From positions 97,206,386 through 97,259,621 of the forward strand of contig NC_068987.1 in the NCBI RefSeq assembly GCF_001194135.2: DNA of 53,236 nt, in the 5' to 3' direction. Shown here piece after piece: positions 12,798 through 25,565 of this stretch (position 1 is the stretch's first letter; each line of letters begins with the position of its first letter). Below the pieces are notes generated by a model. The model saw only the letters and a program-made list of their open reading frames with translations, had not been told where the DNA came from and ran no database searches. Both the position numbers and the translations under genes were made by a program. The stretch is from Octopus bimaculoides (taxonomy: Eukaryota).

Positions 12798-12803
12798 CTG
12801 CAG
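12798..12803 (-). other. Candidate 6-nt phase-1/phase-1 microexon (CTGCAG)
   Basis: Minus strand reads ...tgctgctgttgttgttgttgtttag|CTGCAG|gtgagt: consensus donor and U/UGC-rich acceptor, phase-compatible with the exon at 11159-11234. No transcript evidence. Confidence 0.2.
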
Positions 12804-13349
12804 CTAAACAACAACAACAACAGCAGCAGCAACAACAACAACAGCAGCAGCAGCAACAATCAACATTACCACCACTACCACCACCACCACCACAACAACA
12901 ACAGACCAACGCCCATCAAGTAGATTTCCAGGATTTTCTTGTTGAGTCAACTTTTAAAATTCTGTTTCCTTGTTAGAATTGTTGTTTAACCCCAGGATAA
13001 ATTTGAAAGAGAAGGATATCCTTGATATTTTGATCAAAGGTATTCCAGCCGTCACTATGTCGACTAAATTTTTAAGCAGTGCGGGGAGGAGGTGTATAAC
13101 TACATTATTTAATGTGTCTTTTCCTTATTTAGGATATGATTTGAAGATTTGGCTGCCGTTCCATTTAAGAAACTTTTCAATACTCCACAACCATAGAAAA
13201 CGCTTGGTTAATTTTCACTCCCCTTCTACAAGAGTAATATCACATTTAACTACGGAAAAAAAAGAGTAAATATCCATAATAACTAATTTATTTATTGTAA
13301 TTGAACCATAAGCAGTATAGTGTAACAATTATTTCAAATTTATGGTCCA

Positions 13350-13540
13350 AAGCCAGCAGTTTTAGAGGATGAAATTAGTAGATTAGATTGATCACAATGC
13401 TCAAATATACTTATTTTATTGACAAAGGAATGATGAAGAGCAAAATCGAACTCGGCAGAATTCGAACTCAGAACGTAAAGAGCCGGAATAAATACAACTA
13501 AGCATTTTGTCCGGCGCGTAACGATTCTGCCGGCTCGCTG
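13350..13540 (-). mobile_element. Decayed Nin/Deu-like SINE
   Basis: gacaaaggaatgatgaagagcaaaatcgaactcggcagaattcgaactcagaacgtaaag matches the family reverse complement. Confidence 0.65.
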
Positions 13541-13851
13541 TCTAAAATACAATGGAATAATAAAGTCCTTGATGTGCTTAAGCGAACAAAGTTATTTTTG
13601 AAAGTTAAATTGTTTTATTTTGAAAAGCTATTTAAATAAAGAATACACTTCGTAACTTCTAGAATACCATCTCGTACCCCAGGGAATGTGGGCATCCCTA
13701 GGGTGGGAACTTTTGCCCTAGAAATTTGAGCAACCATTCGGGGCTCAGCTAGTGGCTCATATGTATGTCTGTGTGCGCATTAGTACATAGATGCGAAGTG
13801 CGAGCAAATCGTTGCAGAAATGTAATGTGTGTGTAAACTTAATGTGTGTAT

Positions 13852-13933
<82 letters not shown>

Positions 13934-14735
13934 GTTTGTAGATGTGTAGATATGTACCAGGAACATTGAAATCTAGAAAACGGACGAGAAAAGCCAATTA
14001 TTAAACTGTCATGTGCAAACACCTGTACGGTTGTTGAGGGTCAAACAACAAAATACGGGAAACCCAGAAGTTTTCAGTGTGAAGCTCTCGAGAATTTAAA
14101 CAAGGGTGGAGGAGGAAGAAAGGAAAGAAGATGGATAAAGGGGGAATGATGGAAGAAAGGGGACTTTTAAAGAAAGGAAGGTTATATAAGAGAGTGAAAA
14201 AGGGCGCCAGCTACAGGAGTGAAACTCGTTAGTAAAAATGCATGTTTGAAAGGGGTTTCTGACTGAGATGTATTGATGTAAGGGTGTTTGAGGTGTGTGT
14301 ATGCGTACATGTATGCATGTATGAGTGTCTGAGTGTATATATGTGTGAGGGAGAAAGCGACAGACACAGAGGCGAACAAGTAAAGAAGGGGCAATAGAAT
14401 TGGGTTGAAGACTTTAACAAAGCAGTTGTGTTGTTTGCATGCGAGTTTGAGTGAGGATAGACAGACAGACAGATAGATAGAAAGATAGAGAGAGAGGGGG
14501 GAAAGAGAGTTTAAGAGAAACAGAATGCAAATGTGAGATAGATACAACGAGAGAGTGAGAGTGGGGAGGAGAGAGCAAACGGGAGCAAGGTGAACGGGTG
14601 AAACTCTTCTGTCAGCAATCCAAACATTCATAGCTCTATATTTATTTACTTGTACCCACTCACGTACACTACTAACTTTTCTAAGTGGGAAGTTTACAAA
14701 CATACACATTTTCCTGACTAAATTCGAACCGTCAC

Positions 14736-14773
<38 letters not shown>

Positions 14774-15238
14774 NNNNNNNNNNNNNNNNNNNNNNNNNNN
14801 NNNNNNNNNNNNNNNNNNNNNNNNNNNNNNNNNNNNNNNNNNNNNNNNNNNNNNNNNNNNNNNNNNNNNNNNNNNNNNNNNNNNNNNNNNNNNNNNNNNN
14901 NNNNNNNNNNNNNNNNNNNNNNNNNNNNNNNNNNNNNNNNNNNNNNNNNNNNNNNNNNNNNNNNNNNNNNNNNNNNNNNNNNNNNNNNNNNNNNNNNNNN
15001 NNNNNNNNNNNNNNNNNNNNNNNNNNNNNNNNNNNNNNNNNNNNNNNNNNNNNNNNNNNNNNNNNNNNNNNNNNNNNNNNNNNNNNNNNNNNNNNNNNNN
15101 NNNNNNNNNNNNNNNNNNNNNNNNNNNNNNNNNNCACGTATAAGCAAATATTTTTTCTCATTTACATACATAAAATTTTGTATATAAAATTACAAAGAAA
15201 TGCACACTCACACACATATGTATATATATGTATATACA

Positions 15239-15281
<43 letters not shown>

Positions 15282-16044
15282 AGGTACATGCATATCGACA
15301 CACACGTAGATACACACGCATATATATATATATATATATACTCATATTTACATGAATATATACACTTTATCCGCCCACAAACATAGAAGTATATATATTT
15401 ATGTATATGAAGCTACAAGTATGCATATCTAATATACATATTCAATTATCTTATTTACCCATGTATTTAAATGTTATCTTTGGACGATAGTTGTATCTCC
15501 ATGTATATAGATAGAGAGTCAATCTTCTTTCTTCAATATTTTGTAAAGACGTTTTACAGTCATTTACTGCAACTTGTTTTCCTCTATGTTTCTCAGTATT
15601 CGAAGTTTAAGGCGTAGAATTGTTGCTATTGTGGATTTGATTTCTGGGACGGGCAGCACGTTGAGTACTTGAGCAAAATATTTTATATTACGCTGGTACT
15701 CAATTCACATCTGCTTAACTGAAATGAGTACCAAATTGAGTGTTAGTGCAGCGCAATGCAACGCTGTGTAGCCTTTTCTCCATTTGAGTCTAGGACATTT
15801 TCCCCCCATCCCTGGAGAACAACCCCCCAAAGACAATTACCCCTGAGGACAACAGATGATGATTTAAAATTTCTTAATATATTGGAGATGGGGCAATCAA
15901 CCAAGGGGGTGGGGTAATTCTCCTAGGAGGTAGTTGTCATCGGGGGAATAATTGTCCGGTGGGGGGTAATTGTCTTGATACGCTCCATTTAGCTGTCGCA
16001 TCCCAGACTAAGAGTCGCTGGACTAAGAGTGGCAGAGCCTAGAG

Positions 16045-16808
16045 CAATGATTCTCAACCGGGGTCCATATAAGATTTTTGGGAGCTCATCGGGGCCGGAT
16101 TAAGACCCATCGAGGCCCTAAGCACTTAAAAGACTTTAGTTCCCCAATAAAAGATTATGTAATTCAAAATATAAACAATAACAAACCATAAAATAAATTG
16201 TTATTTTTCAAAACGAAACAAAACAGTAAGAGGGAAAATAGTTTTTTGTATTATTTTTGTATACTTCCACTTTATTTATATTTGAAAAGTTTCCTCCTAC
16301 TTTTTTGAATTGCAAAGTCTTTGATCAGATCCTCAAACTTAATCTTAGGTAATATATCTGCATCTATACTTAGTAGTGATAAAGGCATCCCGAATATCAT
16401 TTTAGCAAGTTTAAAGTGATTTCTTTTGTACCATAAACCATTTACCATTTCTATGGTATCCCTACTTCCCTTGATTCCCCAAGCACATACTTATTTTGCT
16501 TAATGGTTAATCCAGCGCTGGGGTCCATAGAACCAAAATAGTAAATTGGAGATTCACTGTAGTATATTTAAAGGTGCATGAAAAATTTTGTTTTAGATGT
16601 ATTTATTGAAAGAAACGACTATGTTTCTTTCTAAATAATTTTACATAGTTGAACTTACACAAGTTAATGTGCGAAAAACAAAATAGGAATTTTGAAAGAA
16701 GTATCTAGAAAAACTAATTTTTAAACATTGAATGATTAAGGAGGCTCACCAGAATAAAATAGTAATCAAATGGATTCATAGGTGAAAAAGAATGGCTGAG
16801 AACCGCTG
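16045..16808. mobile_element. Non-autonomous hAT (Charlie-like) DNA transposon
   Basis: Imperfect TIRs caatgattctcaacc (16045) and ggctgagaaccgctg (16794-16808). 8-bp TSD gcctagag / gccaagag (7 of 8 match). Confidence 0.7.
16090..16520. mobile_element. Second hAT-type MITE nested inside the Charlie-like element
   Basis: TIRs cggggccggattaa and ttaatccagcgctg, with decayed 8-bp TSD gagctcat / gggtccat. The sister copy at 38440-38559 is uninterrupted at this point. Confidence 0.55.
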
Positions 16809-17651
16809 GCCAAGAGGATACATTGGCACCTTAAAGAATTGGCGAGAGTATGGTACACATACTGCTAAATAATACTCGCTTGCATGTAAGGGTTATGTTT
16901 TCTTGCTTGTTTAGCACAAGATTATCAAACTACATTATATGATGCATCATTTCACGTTCTGGACGCAGTAAGATGGTATTATAGTAGCATGTAAATTAAA
17001 GTCAACCATCCCCGGATGTAAGCTTTTCATTGAACTAGTGACCCTTCAAACGCTTACTGGGCAGCACGGATCGATATTGAATGTACTTCCTCTCTTCTTA
17101 TGATAAAATTGGAATCAAAGTTCAAAAGGAAAAGGAAGGGGCGATGGTGGAAAAAGAATTGATTACCAATGTTGTTATTGTACAAAGTCTAGTGTTGATG
17201 GCATTGATGTTGATGGGGACCAACACTACATTTCATACAACTGCATTGATAACCGGTTCTTTCTCTACCACCACTGCCACCACCTTTTTCATTTAAATTT
17301 TGTGTAGAATTTTATCATAAAAAAGAGACAGTACATTTAGAATCGATCTATGATGCACAGTAAGTGTTATTTTTTAAAAGTTTGTGAGTTCAATAAAAGG
17401 TTACGTCCGGGTAGACTGACTTTAATTTGAATGTTATTAATAGCACTCAAACACAGAAAGCAATTGGTCCGGTTTCAAGTGAGGAAATGATCGATGCTGT
17501 GGCACAATGTGTCGTTTTTTTTTTTAATCTTTAAGACATTATAGTGTAATTTAAGGAATACTTGGCTGCTATTTCTCGTAGGCCGAGAGATAGCGTAGAA
17601 GTTTCGTCTTCGTAGTCCTATCCTTATTTATATGCTGTTACTTATGTAAAC

Positions 17652-18010
17652 GTGGAGGCGCAATGGCCCAGTGGTTAGGGCAGCGGACTCGCGGTCATAG
17701 GATCACGGTTTCGATTCCCAGACCGGGCGTTGTGAGTGTTTATTGAGCGAAAAATACCTAAAGCTCCACGAGGTTCCGGCAGGGGATGGTGGCGAACCCT
17801 GCTGTACTCTTTCACCACAACTTTCTCTCACTCTTACTTCCTGTTTCTGTTGTGCCTGTAATTCAAAGGGTCAGCCTTGTCACACATGTGTCACGCTGAA
17901 TCTCCCCGAGAACTACGTTAAGGGTACACGTGTCTGTGGAGTGGTCAGCCACTTGCACGTTAATTTCACGAGCAGGCTGTTCCGTTGATCGGATCAACTG
18001 GAACCCTCGA
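17652..18010 (+). mobile_element. Young tRNA-derived SINE, third family, truncated by a gap
   Basis: Head ggaggcgcaatggcccagtggttagggcagcggactcgcggtcataggatcacggtttcgattcccagacc; high identity to the reverse complement of 38019-38407. Confidence 0.85.
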
Positions 18011-18342
18011 NNNNNNNNNNNNNNNNNNNNNNNNNNNNNNNNNNNNNNNNNNNNNNNNNNNNNNNNNNNNNNNNNNNNNNNNNNNNNNNNNNNNNNNNNN
18101 NNNNNNNNNNNNNNNNNNNNNNNNNNNNNNNNNNNNNNNNNNNNNNNNNNNNNNNNNNNNNNNNNNNNNNNNNNNNNNNNNNNNNNNNNNNNNNNNNNNN
18201 NNNNNNNNNNNNNNNNNNNNNNNNNNNNNNNNNNNNNNNNNNNNNNNNNNNNNNNNNNNNNNNNNNNNNNNNNNNNNNNNNNNNNNNNNNNNNNNNNNNN
18301 NNNNNNNNNNNNNNNNNNNNNNAAAAAAAATACCCTAATACC

Positions 18343-18572
18343 TATTTCTTTATTGCCCACAAGGGGCTAAACATAGAGGGGACAAACAAGGACAGACAAA
18401 CGGATTAAGTCGATTACATCGACCCCAGTGCGTAACTGGTACTTAACTTATCGACCCCGAAAGGATGAAAGGCAAAGTCGACCCCGGCGGAATTTGAACT
18501 CAGAACGTAACGGTAGACGAAATACCGCTAAGCATTTCGCCCAGCGTGCTAACGTTTCTGCCAGCTCGCCTA
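18343..18572 (-). mobile_element. Full-length Nin/Deu-like SINE, tail B
   Basis: Reverse complement of 9198-9430 at high identity. Confidence 0.85.
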
Positions 18573-19383
18573 AAAAATACCCTGATACCTGCCTACCTAC
18601 CTACCTGTCTATGTCTGTATATATGTATGCATGTATGTATGTATGTATGTATGTATCTGTCTGTCTGCCTGCCTGTAAATGCATATGTGTGCATATGTGT
18701 ACGTGCGCAGATACGCGCACGCATATATGTATATGTATGTATGTGTATGTATGTGTGTGTGAGTGTATATGGCACATGGTTATAATCACATAAAGACATA
18801 CATAGACAGATTTCAATTAAATATGCATAGGTGCAACTAGAAATCAGTTGTAGATAAAAGTATATTCACACAGCATCAATACATACACTCACATAACATT
18901 CACATTTACGCATACACACACGTACGCACACACACTCACAATCAATTACTCTCACATTCACACACTCTCACATTCACACACTCACACATTCACACTCTCA
19001 CATTCACACACTCACGCTCTCTCTCACACTTACATGCTCGCTCTCACTCAGTTCTCAATTAGTCCATCTTCAGCGGTAAACGATGTTCTTTCACATCAAA
19101 TTACATTCAAATATTATAATATCTCCAATGACTTTAACCTTTGACATCAGCCAAATCAGCATTATTAATTATACACATGTGACTGTGATCACATAGTGAT
19201 CACATGGTGATCGCAATCATATCTGACGGGGCTTGATGAAGGGTAGAGACCGTGCAGTGAGTGTGGGAATCTTTAAGGTTAAATGTTCGTCTTAGTGTGC
19301 AAGTTAGGTTTGGTGTTGCTTTTAATGATGGCGATGGAGTACCTCGCAGCAGAAGAATAGCTGTATATGCGCTTGCATGTGTC

Positions 19384-19429
<46 letters not shown>

Positions 19430-19519
19430 AGTTATTAAACAAGCCCGGCCAAAATAGAAACCGATTTTATCTCAAATCATTGCCTACACATTTGAAAATG
19501 TTCAGAGCATAGTATAAAT

Positions 19520-19765
19520 AATATAGATACACATGCATGGCTGTGTTGGAGGTAGCTTGCTTCCCAAGCACATGGGTTTGGGTTTAGTCCCACTGTGTGG
19601 TACCTTGAGCAAGTATCTTCTACTTGTGAGTAGATTTGGTAGACGGAAACTGAAAGAAGCCCATCGTATACACCCACCCCACACACATATATATTTATTT
19701 ATTATTACTCTTTTACTTGTTTCAGTCATTTGACTGCGGTCATGCTGGAGCACCACCTTTAAACA
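19520..19765. mobile_element. CORE-like SINE head (+) and partial tail (-)
   Basis: Head at 19520-19670; tail reverse complement ttactcttttacttgtttcagtcatttgactgcgg at 19705-19760. Confidence 0.65.
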
Positions 19766-19789
19766 CACACACACACACACACAAATATA

Positions 19790-19987
19790 CAAGGCCTGAA
19801 GTTTTGTGGGAGGGGATGAGTCGATTACATCCATCCCAGTATTCAACTGGTAGATACTTTATCGATCCCGAAAGGATGAAAGGCAAAGTTGACCTCGGCA
19901 GGATTTGAACTCAGAACGTAAAGACGGACGAAATGCCGCTAAGTATTCTGCCCGTCGTGCTAACGATTTTGCCAGCTCACCGCGTTA
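19790..19987 (-). mobile_element. Nin/Deu-like SINE, tail A
   Basis: Family body with tail reverse complement acaaggcctgaagttttgtgggagggg. Confidence 0.8.
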
Positions 19988-20699
19988 ATTTACTACCAGA
20001 TACTAATTAGAGTTCTCTAGTTCAAAGCAAAACGTATTTTGCTAGGAACAAACTATGATGCGATCTCCTGACAACTTTAGTGAAGAGATAAACATTTTCA
20101 TTTCACTCGGCCACGGCGATTCCTCTTCTTATAATGTTAACTTAAACATGAAGCAATTAATATTATGTAATTTGTTTTTCTTTTTCTTTTATGTTTTATT
20201 TTTTCCTTTCTATTGAAGCACTGAAGAGAGTAGAACAAGACAACCACTTACTTTTAAATCTTTTGCTGGGAATTAATTGAAATTATTTTCCCATTTGAAA
20301 AAATAAATATATAAAATATTCAAATGTACTCAGCTAAATAACTTGAAAAGCTTTTAAAACTCAAACGAAAATCTCGGAATCAAAGAGACTCTAATATTAT
20401 AATAAAGCAATAAATTAAAGACTTGTCGGCAACAGTTATTTTTTTTATTTATTTTAGTTTAAATTATTTGCTTAGTTGAAAGATTTCTTATTTACTCGAC
20501 TCTTCTTATTCTATTCATAATGAAATAGTTAGTCACGCACTTCAAAAAAACAAAAAGTAAAAAAAAGAAAATAAAACGCTTACTGCGGGGGAGTACGGCT
20601 TTTTAGAACTTACAGCCATTTCCCCACTTTAGTATATGGATTCGGTTGTTATTACTAAAACGTTAAATGTCGGTTAGGAGTCATGATTTGTATTATTAA

Positions 20700-21400
20700 G
20701 AGTGGCGGTCCATTCGCAGAACCGTTAGCGTGGCAGTATACTGTGTCTTGTGGTATTTAGCTACGACCCCTTTCATTTTGAGATCAAGTCACGCCGCAAT
20801 CAACTTTACCTTTTGTCCTTCTTGAGTCGATAAAATGAGGTAGCAGTCAAATACTAGAGCCGATCTAATCGAAAATTTACTCAATTAGACCGACTCTAGA
20901 TCGCTAAACTGCTGGCAGTGTGCCTAGTTAGAAATAGTTAGAAGCGGTAAATTGGTAAAATCGTTACAGCGTTGGACAAAATGTCTTATGGAATTGGTTC
21001 TGATTTTTTACGTTCTGAGTTCAAATCTTGCCGAGGTCAAGTTTGCCTGTCATCCCTCAGGTATTGATAAAATAGCGTATGAGAAAGTTAAGCAATGGAA
21101 TCAACTCCACTGCTAGAATTGATTTCATTACTTATCCCTCTCCTATTAAACATCAGTCCTTGGGCCTATGATAGCGACAATTATTAATAGAATTTAATTA
21201 GATGTTTATTAAAAATCATAATTTAAGAAAGTGGTCGATTTGCAGACAGAATGCTTTCCGATGTTTTTCGAATTCTGTCGAGCTCGGCTTTGTTGTTCAT
21301 GCTTTAGGGATTCGTCGATAAAAGAAAGTACCAACCCAGTTCTGGAGTCAACTTAAATCGATGAATTCCACCCCAAAATATTGTGGTTTTTGTTAAAAAT
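20700..21400 (+). mobile_element. Three old, heavily decayed Nin/Deu-like SINE copies
   Basis: Remnants such as ttcgcagaaccgttagcg...gagtcgataaaatgaggtagcag, ttttacgttctgagttcaaatcttgccgaggtcaa and gtcgataaaagaaagtacca. Confidence 0.55.
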
Positions 21401-22449
21401 TAACCACATATATGATTGTAGATGATCAAAAGAATCGGTAGAGCGGCGGAAAAAATAAAACAATTTGTGTTTGGGCTAAAATCCCATTCTAATCAACTAG
21501 CGCCAGACTAAAACCGATAGATAAATGTTTCGTCTGCTATGTGCGAAAGAATAAGAGGAAATGTGTCGTCTGCTAAACATAAATCGAAGCCTCTTTATTA
21601 CTAGAAGTATATAGTTCACCCAACCACATTTCTTTTTAGACAGCATAAAGGACTTTACTTATTAGAAATAGCAGCCAAATCTCTCTCGAATTATACCAAC
21701 AGATTTTATTATTATTATTATTATTATTGTTATTATTATTATTATTATTATTGTTGTTATTGTTGGCATTTATATTATTATTATCACTATATTATTATCA
21801 TTATTATTATTATTATTGTTGTTGTTAAGAAAATACAGGAACCGATCAAGAAAGTAAATCTTAAAAAAAACCCCCAACGAATAACGATAATAATAATTAT
21901 AATAAAAACATTCCTAAAAAAATATGAACAAAACCAGGCCAACAACAACAAAAAAACACCCTTACCATAAAGCACCCCAAAAAACAAAAACAAAATACAC
22001 AGCAACAACCAACAAATAATAAAAAAAAAATGCAAGTTCTTCTGAGATGTTATCTGGAATGAAATAAAAATGCTGATGTCAGGCAATTCGATTCGTTAGA
22101 AGTTAAGTTTTTCTCTGGAAGAAACTTAGTCTGGATTTAGAAATGGTTTTTAAAGAGTTTCTTTGCATAAATATTTTAGGTGGAGATTGCATAAAATCTG
22201 TGCCATTTTATAGAGACACAACGAGTATTAGGATATACGTACGTGTGTATTCATGCGTACATGCACACATGTAGGCATATGTTACTCATGCATATACGCA
22301 TGTATATATAGGCATACAAACATGCATGGCTACATATATACATGTATATATGTACACACACACACATATACATGATAATAGGCATACATGCACGTGCACT
22401 ACACGTGTGTCCGCGTGAGTGTGTGTCTATACATATATATATATATATA

Positions 22450-22577
22450 CAGTAATCGCTCGCCATATCGCGGTTCACTTATCGCGGATCACCTATCGCG
22501 GTTTATTATTTAAGCTTACGTCGGTTCCTCTGCGATGTTGTTTTGCATTTATAGTGAAATAAATATATACAAATTAT
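22450..22577 (+). mobile_element. Left end of a Tigger/pogo-like (Tc1-mariner) MITE
   Basis: TA|cagtaatcgctcgccatatcgcgg with repeated atcgcgg motifs after a (TA)n run. No right TIR found. Confidence 0.4.
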
Positions 22578-22639
22578 NNNNNNNNNNATTCCATAGTATT
22601 GGCATAGCTTCCAGTGTATGTAGGTCCCAGCTCTGTCAA

Positions 22640-22851
22640 GGCATCGAGCGGGCAGAATCGTTAGCACGCTGGACGAAATGCTTAGCGGTATTTCGCTCGT
22701 CGCTAGGTTCTGAGTTCAAATTCCGCCGAGGTCGACTTTGCCTTTCATCCTTTCGGGGGTCGATAAATTAAGTACCAGTTGCGTAATGGGGTTGATCTAC
22801 TCGACTGGTCCCCTTCCCAAAAATTTCGGGTCTTGTGCCTAGAGTAGCAAA

Positions 22852-22920
<69 letters not shown>

Positions 22921-23140
22921 CATTAAGGCGGTGAGCAGGCAGAATCGTTAGCACGCTGGACGAAATGCATAGCAGTATTTCGCTCGTCGCTACGTTCTGA
23001 GTTCGAATTCCGCCGACGTCGACTTTGCCTTTCATCCTTTCGGGGTCGATAAAACAAATACCAGTGAAACACTGGGGTCGATGTAATCGACTAGTCCCCT
23101 CCCGCAAAATTTCAGGCCTTGTGCTTCCAGTAGAAAGAAT
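22640..23140 (+). mobile_element. Two tandem Nin/Deu-like SINEs (tail A) separated by (TTA)n
   Basis: Units at about 22640-22855 and 22925-23140. Confidence 0.85.
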
Positions 23141-25026
23141 TATTATTATCGTTATTATTGAATATAATGGTGGTGAGGCTGGTGGGAAACACTGAATAAC
23201 GAAGTCAAACATTCACCGTGTGTGTGTGTGTGTGTTTGCATCTCACCACCTGACAACCATTGTTGGTTTGTTTACGTCACCGTCACTTAGCGGCTCGGTG
23301 AAAGAGACTGACAGAATAAGTACCACACTTAGAAATATAAATGCCGGGTTCGGGTTGACCTCCTAAAGTCATTCAAGGCTTAGCTGCAGTCCAATGATTG
23401 AAACTATTTGTTAATTGATGTTTATTTCTTGAGAGTTAATATTTGAAGTTCCAGAGAAGACAGGAGAGCATGCTTTGCGCATGTGAGACCTTCTGGACAC
23501 AATGTTACCTAACATCTAGGTTTGACCTTCGTAATACAAGCAGTAAATACACTGAAATATCTCCCAAATGCAACCAGATAAAAAAACAAAACAAAACAAA
23601 AAAACAAAAAAAACATCTCTTCCATCCTCTTTGTTTTTCACCAACCTCCCTAACACAAGATCCTGTCAAATGTTTAAATACTTCCTAATTAGTTTCTTTT
23701 CCTTCTTTATCTTCATTGTTAAGATAAGAGATAACCGCATTTCGGCAAGATTTCAGCAGCAACTAGAAAACTAACATATAAAGATAAGGCTGTGATGGTA
23801 AGTAATATAACTCAACAACTTGAAACAAAATGGCTGAACATCAGCGAAGCTCTTTTGTAGATGAAGGTACAAATGTGATTATTCCAGAGGAAATTTGACT
23901 GCTATTTTTAGCAGGTCAAACGGCTGCCATAACATTTTAACATAACATATGTAGTGCCATGTGGCTCAAAATCACCTTTCCTAGTTTGAGACGGAAGGAT
24001 ATAACTTATAGGAAATTTGACTGCTACTTTTAGCTAGTCAAGCGACCGCCATGACATTTTTACTATACCGATATATTTGTTACAAGCTGCCAATAAAATT
24101 ATTTCTTTCTTTGAGATTTTTCTTTTTTTTTTAGATAGAAAGCTAGTAAAAATATGAAAGCAAAATGAAAGAATTCATGAAATAACTTTTAAACACAAAT
24201 AAGAAAGATCGAAATAGATAGATAGTGAAATGTTAAAACACTTTGATTTACTCCTCTAGCTATAGGTAAACGTTATATCATCCAGTTCTTTAACATTATA
24301 ATTGTCATAACAATATTGTCACGATAGCTTACCGATTAGCATTTAAATCAGCCGGCCCAAATATTGTACCAGTTTTATGCCCAAATTGGCTAGATCTGGC
24401 CTCTCACACCTACCCTACAATGTCATTCTAAAAATAAACAATCACATCATCATGATTTCAAAGATCCCATGTTATGCATGACTATTTCAAAACAATTTGA
24501 TTACATAAGCATTACATTTGACAATAATCTGAAATCTAAATGTAAATTAGACACGCTGGTTGAAGTAACTAAGAAGTGCATCTAAGTTTAAAGGTGGAAG
24601 AAAGAAATAAAGTCAGTGAACACAGTGGATCAGAGTTGGAGAGAATGAGATGTGTATTTTGAGCCAAGATAATGTTCAAAATAGACAATGAAAGCAACTT
24701 GTTACCTAAAATATATCAAAATTGGAATTTTAAATATTTTTCTAATATGTTTAGATTGTTTCAAATGTTGTTTAAAATTTTGGTTACACATTAGCAACAA
24801 TATAGTAAGATGTATACTTTTGGATCATTTAGGAGATAAAACAGTTGTCAAGAATGTAAATACGTTCTAATCAATTGTCTAATTTGGTTGAAAAATTAAC
24901 ATCATAGCATGGGCGGTGTCCGTCTTGTGTACAGAAATAATAAAAGGCAACTATGGCGTATAATCGACCAAGAACGAAAGTGAAAGGACAGAAAGAAAAG
25001 ACGATAAACAAAAAATAAAAACGAAT

Positions 25027-25064
<38 letters not shown>

Positions 25065-25074
25065 NNNNNNNNNN

Positions 25075-25120
<46 letters not shown>

Positions 25121-25384
25121 GAGAGAGAGGAGGAGGGAGGGAGAGTGAGTGAGTTAAAAGAAAGAACTTTTGGCTCCATTTTTATACTAATAAAATCAGC
25201 CTCTCGGGTGGTTTTTTTCTTGTAGTATAAGTATGAATGTATGATGGAAGAAACTTGAAATGGAAATATTAATTGATGCTTAAAATGCTGTAAGATTGCA
25301 ATATTGTTAAATTGAATAATCATACAGTACGTTAATTTATGACTGGAAATAGAAAAAAGAACCTGATGTTAATATTTTTTGTTT

Positions 25385-25565
25385 TTAAGGTAGCGATCTG
25401 GCAGAATAGTTAGCAGTAAGTGGGGAAAAATGCTCAGCAGTATTTCGTCAGTCTTTCATCCTTTCGGGGTCGATAAAACAAGTACTAGTATAGCACTGGG
25501 GCCGATGTAATCAGCTAACACCTTCCGCGAAGTTGCTGGCCTTGTGCCAAAATTTGAAACCAGCA
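25385..25565 (+). mobile_element. Internally deleted Nin/Deu-like SINE
   Basis: Head joined directly to tctttcatcctttcggggtcgataaaacaagtac. Confidence 0.65.

Noticed and set aside
12743-12976. PolyQ/polyP ORF on the plus strand
   Set aside because: A (CAA/CAG)(CCA) repeat with no convincing flanking coding sequence or splice sites on that strand.
17654-17725. tRNA gene
   Set aside because: It continues into a SINE body shared with 38019-38407, so it is a SINE head and not a stand-alone tRNA. The same holds for 30881-30951.
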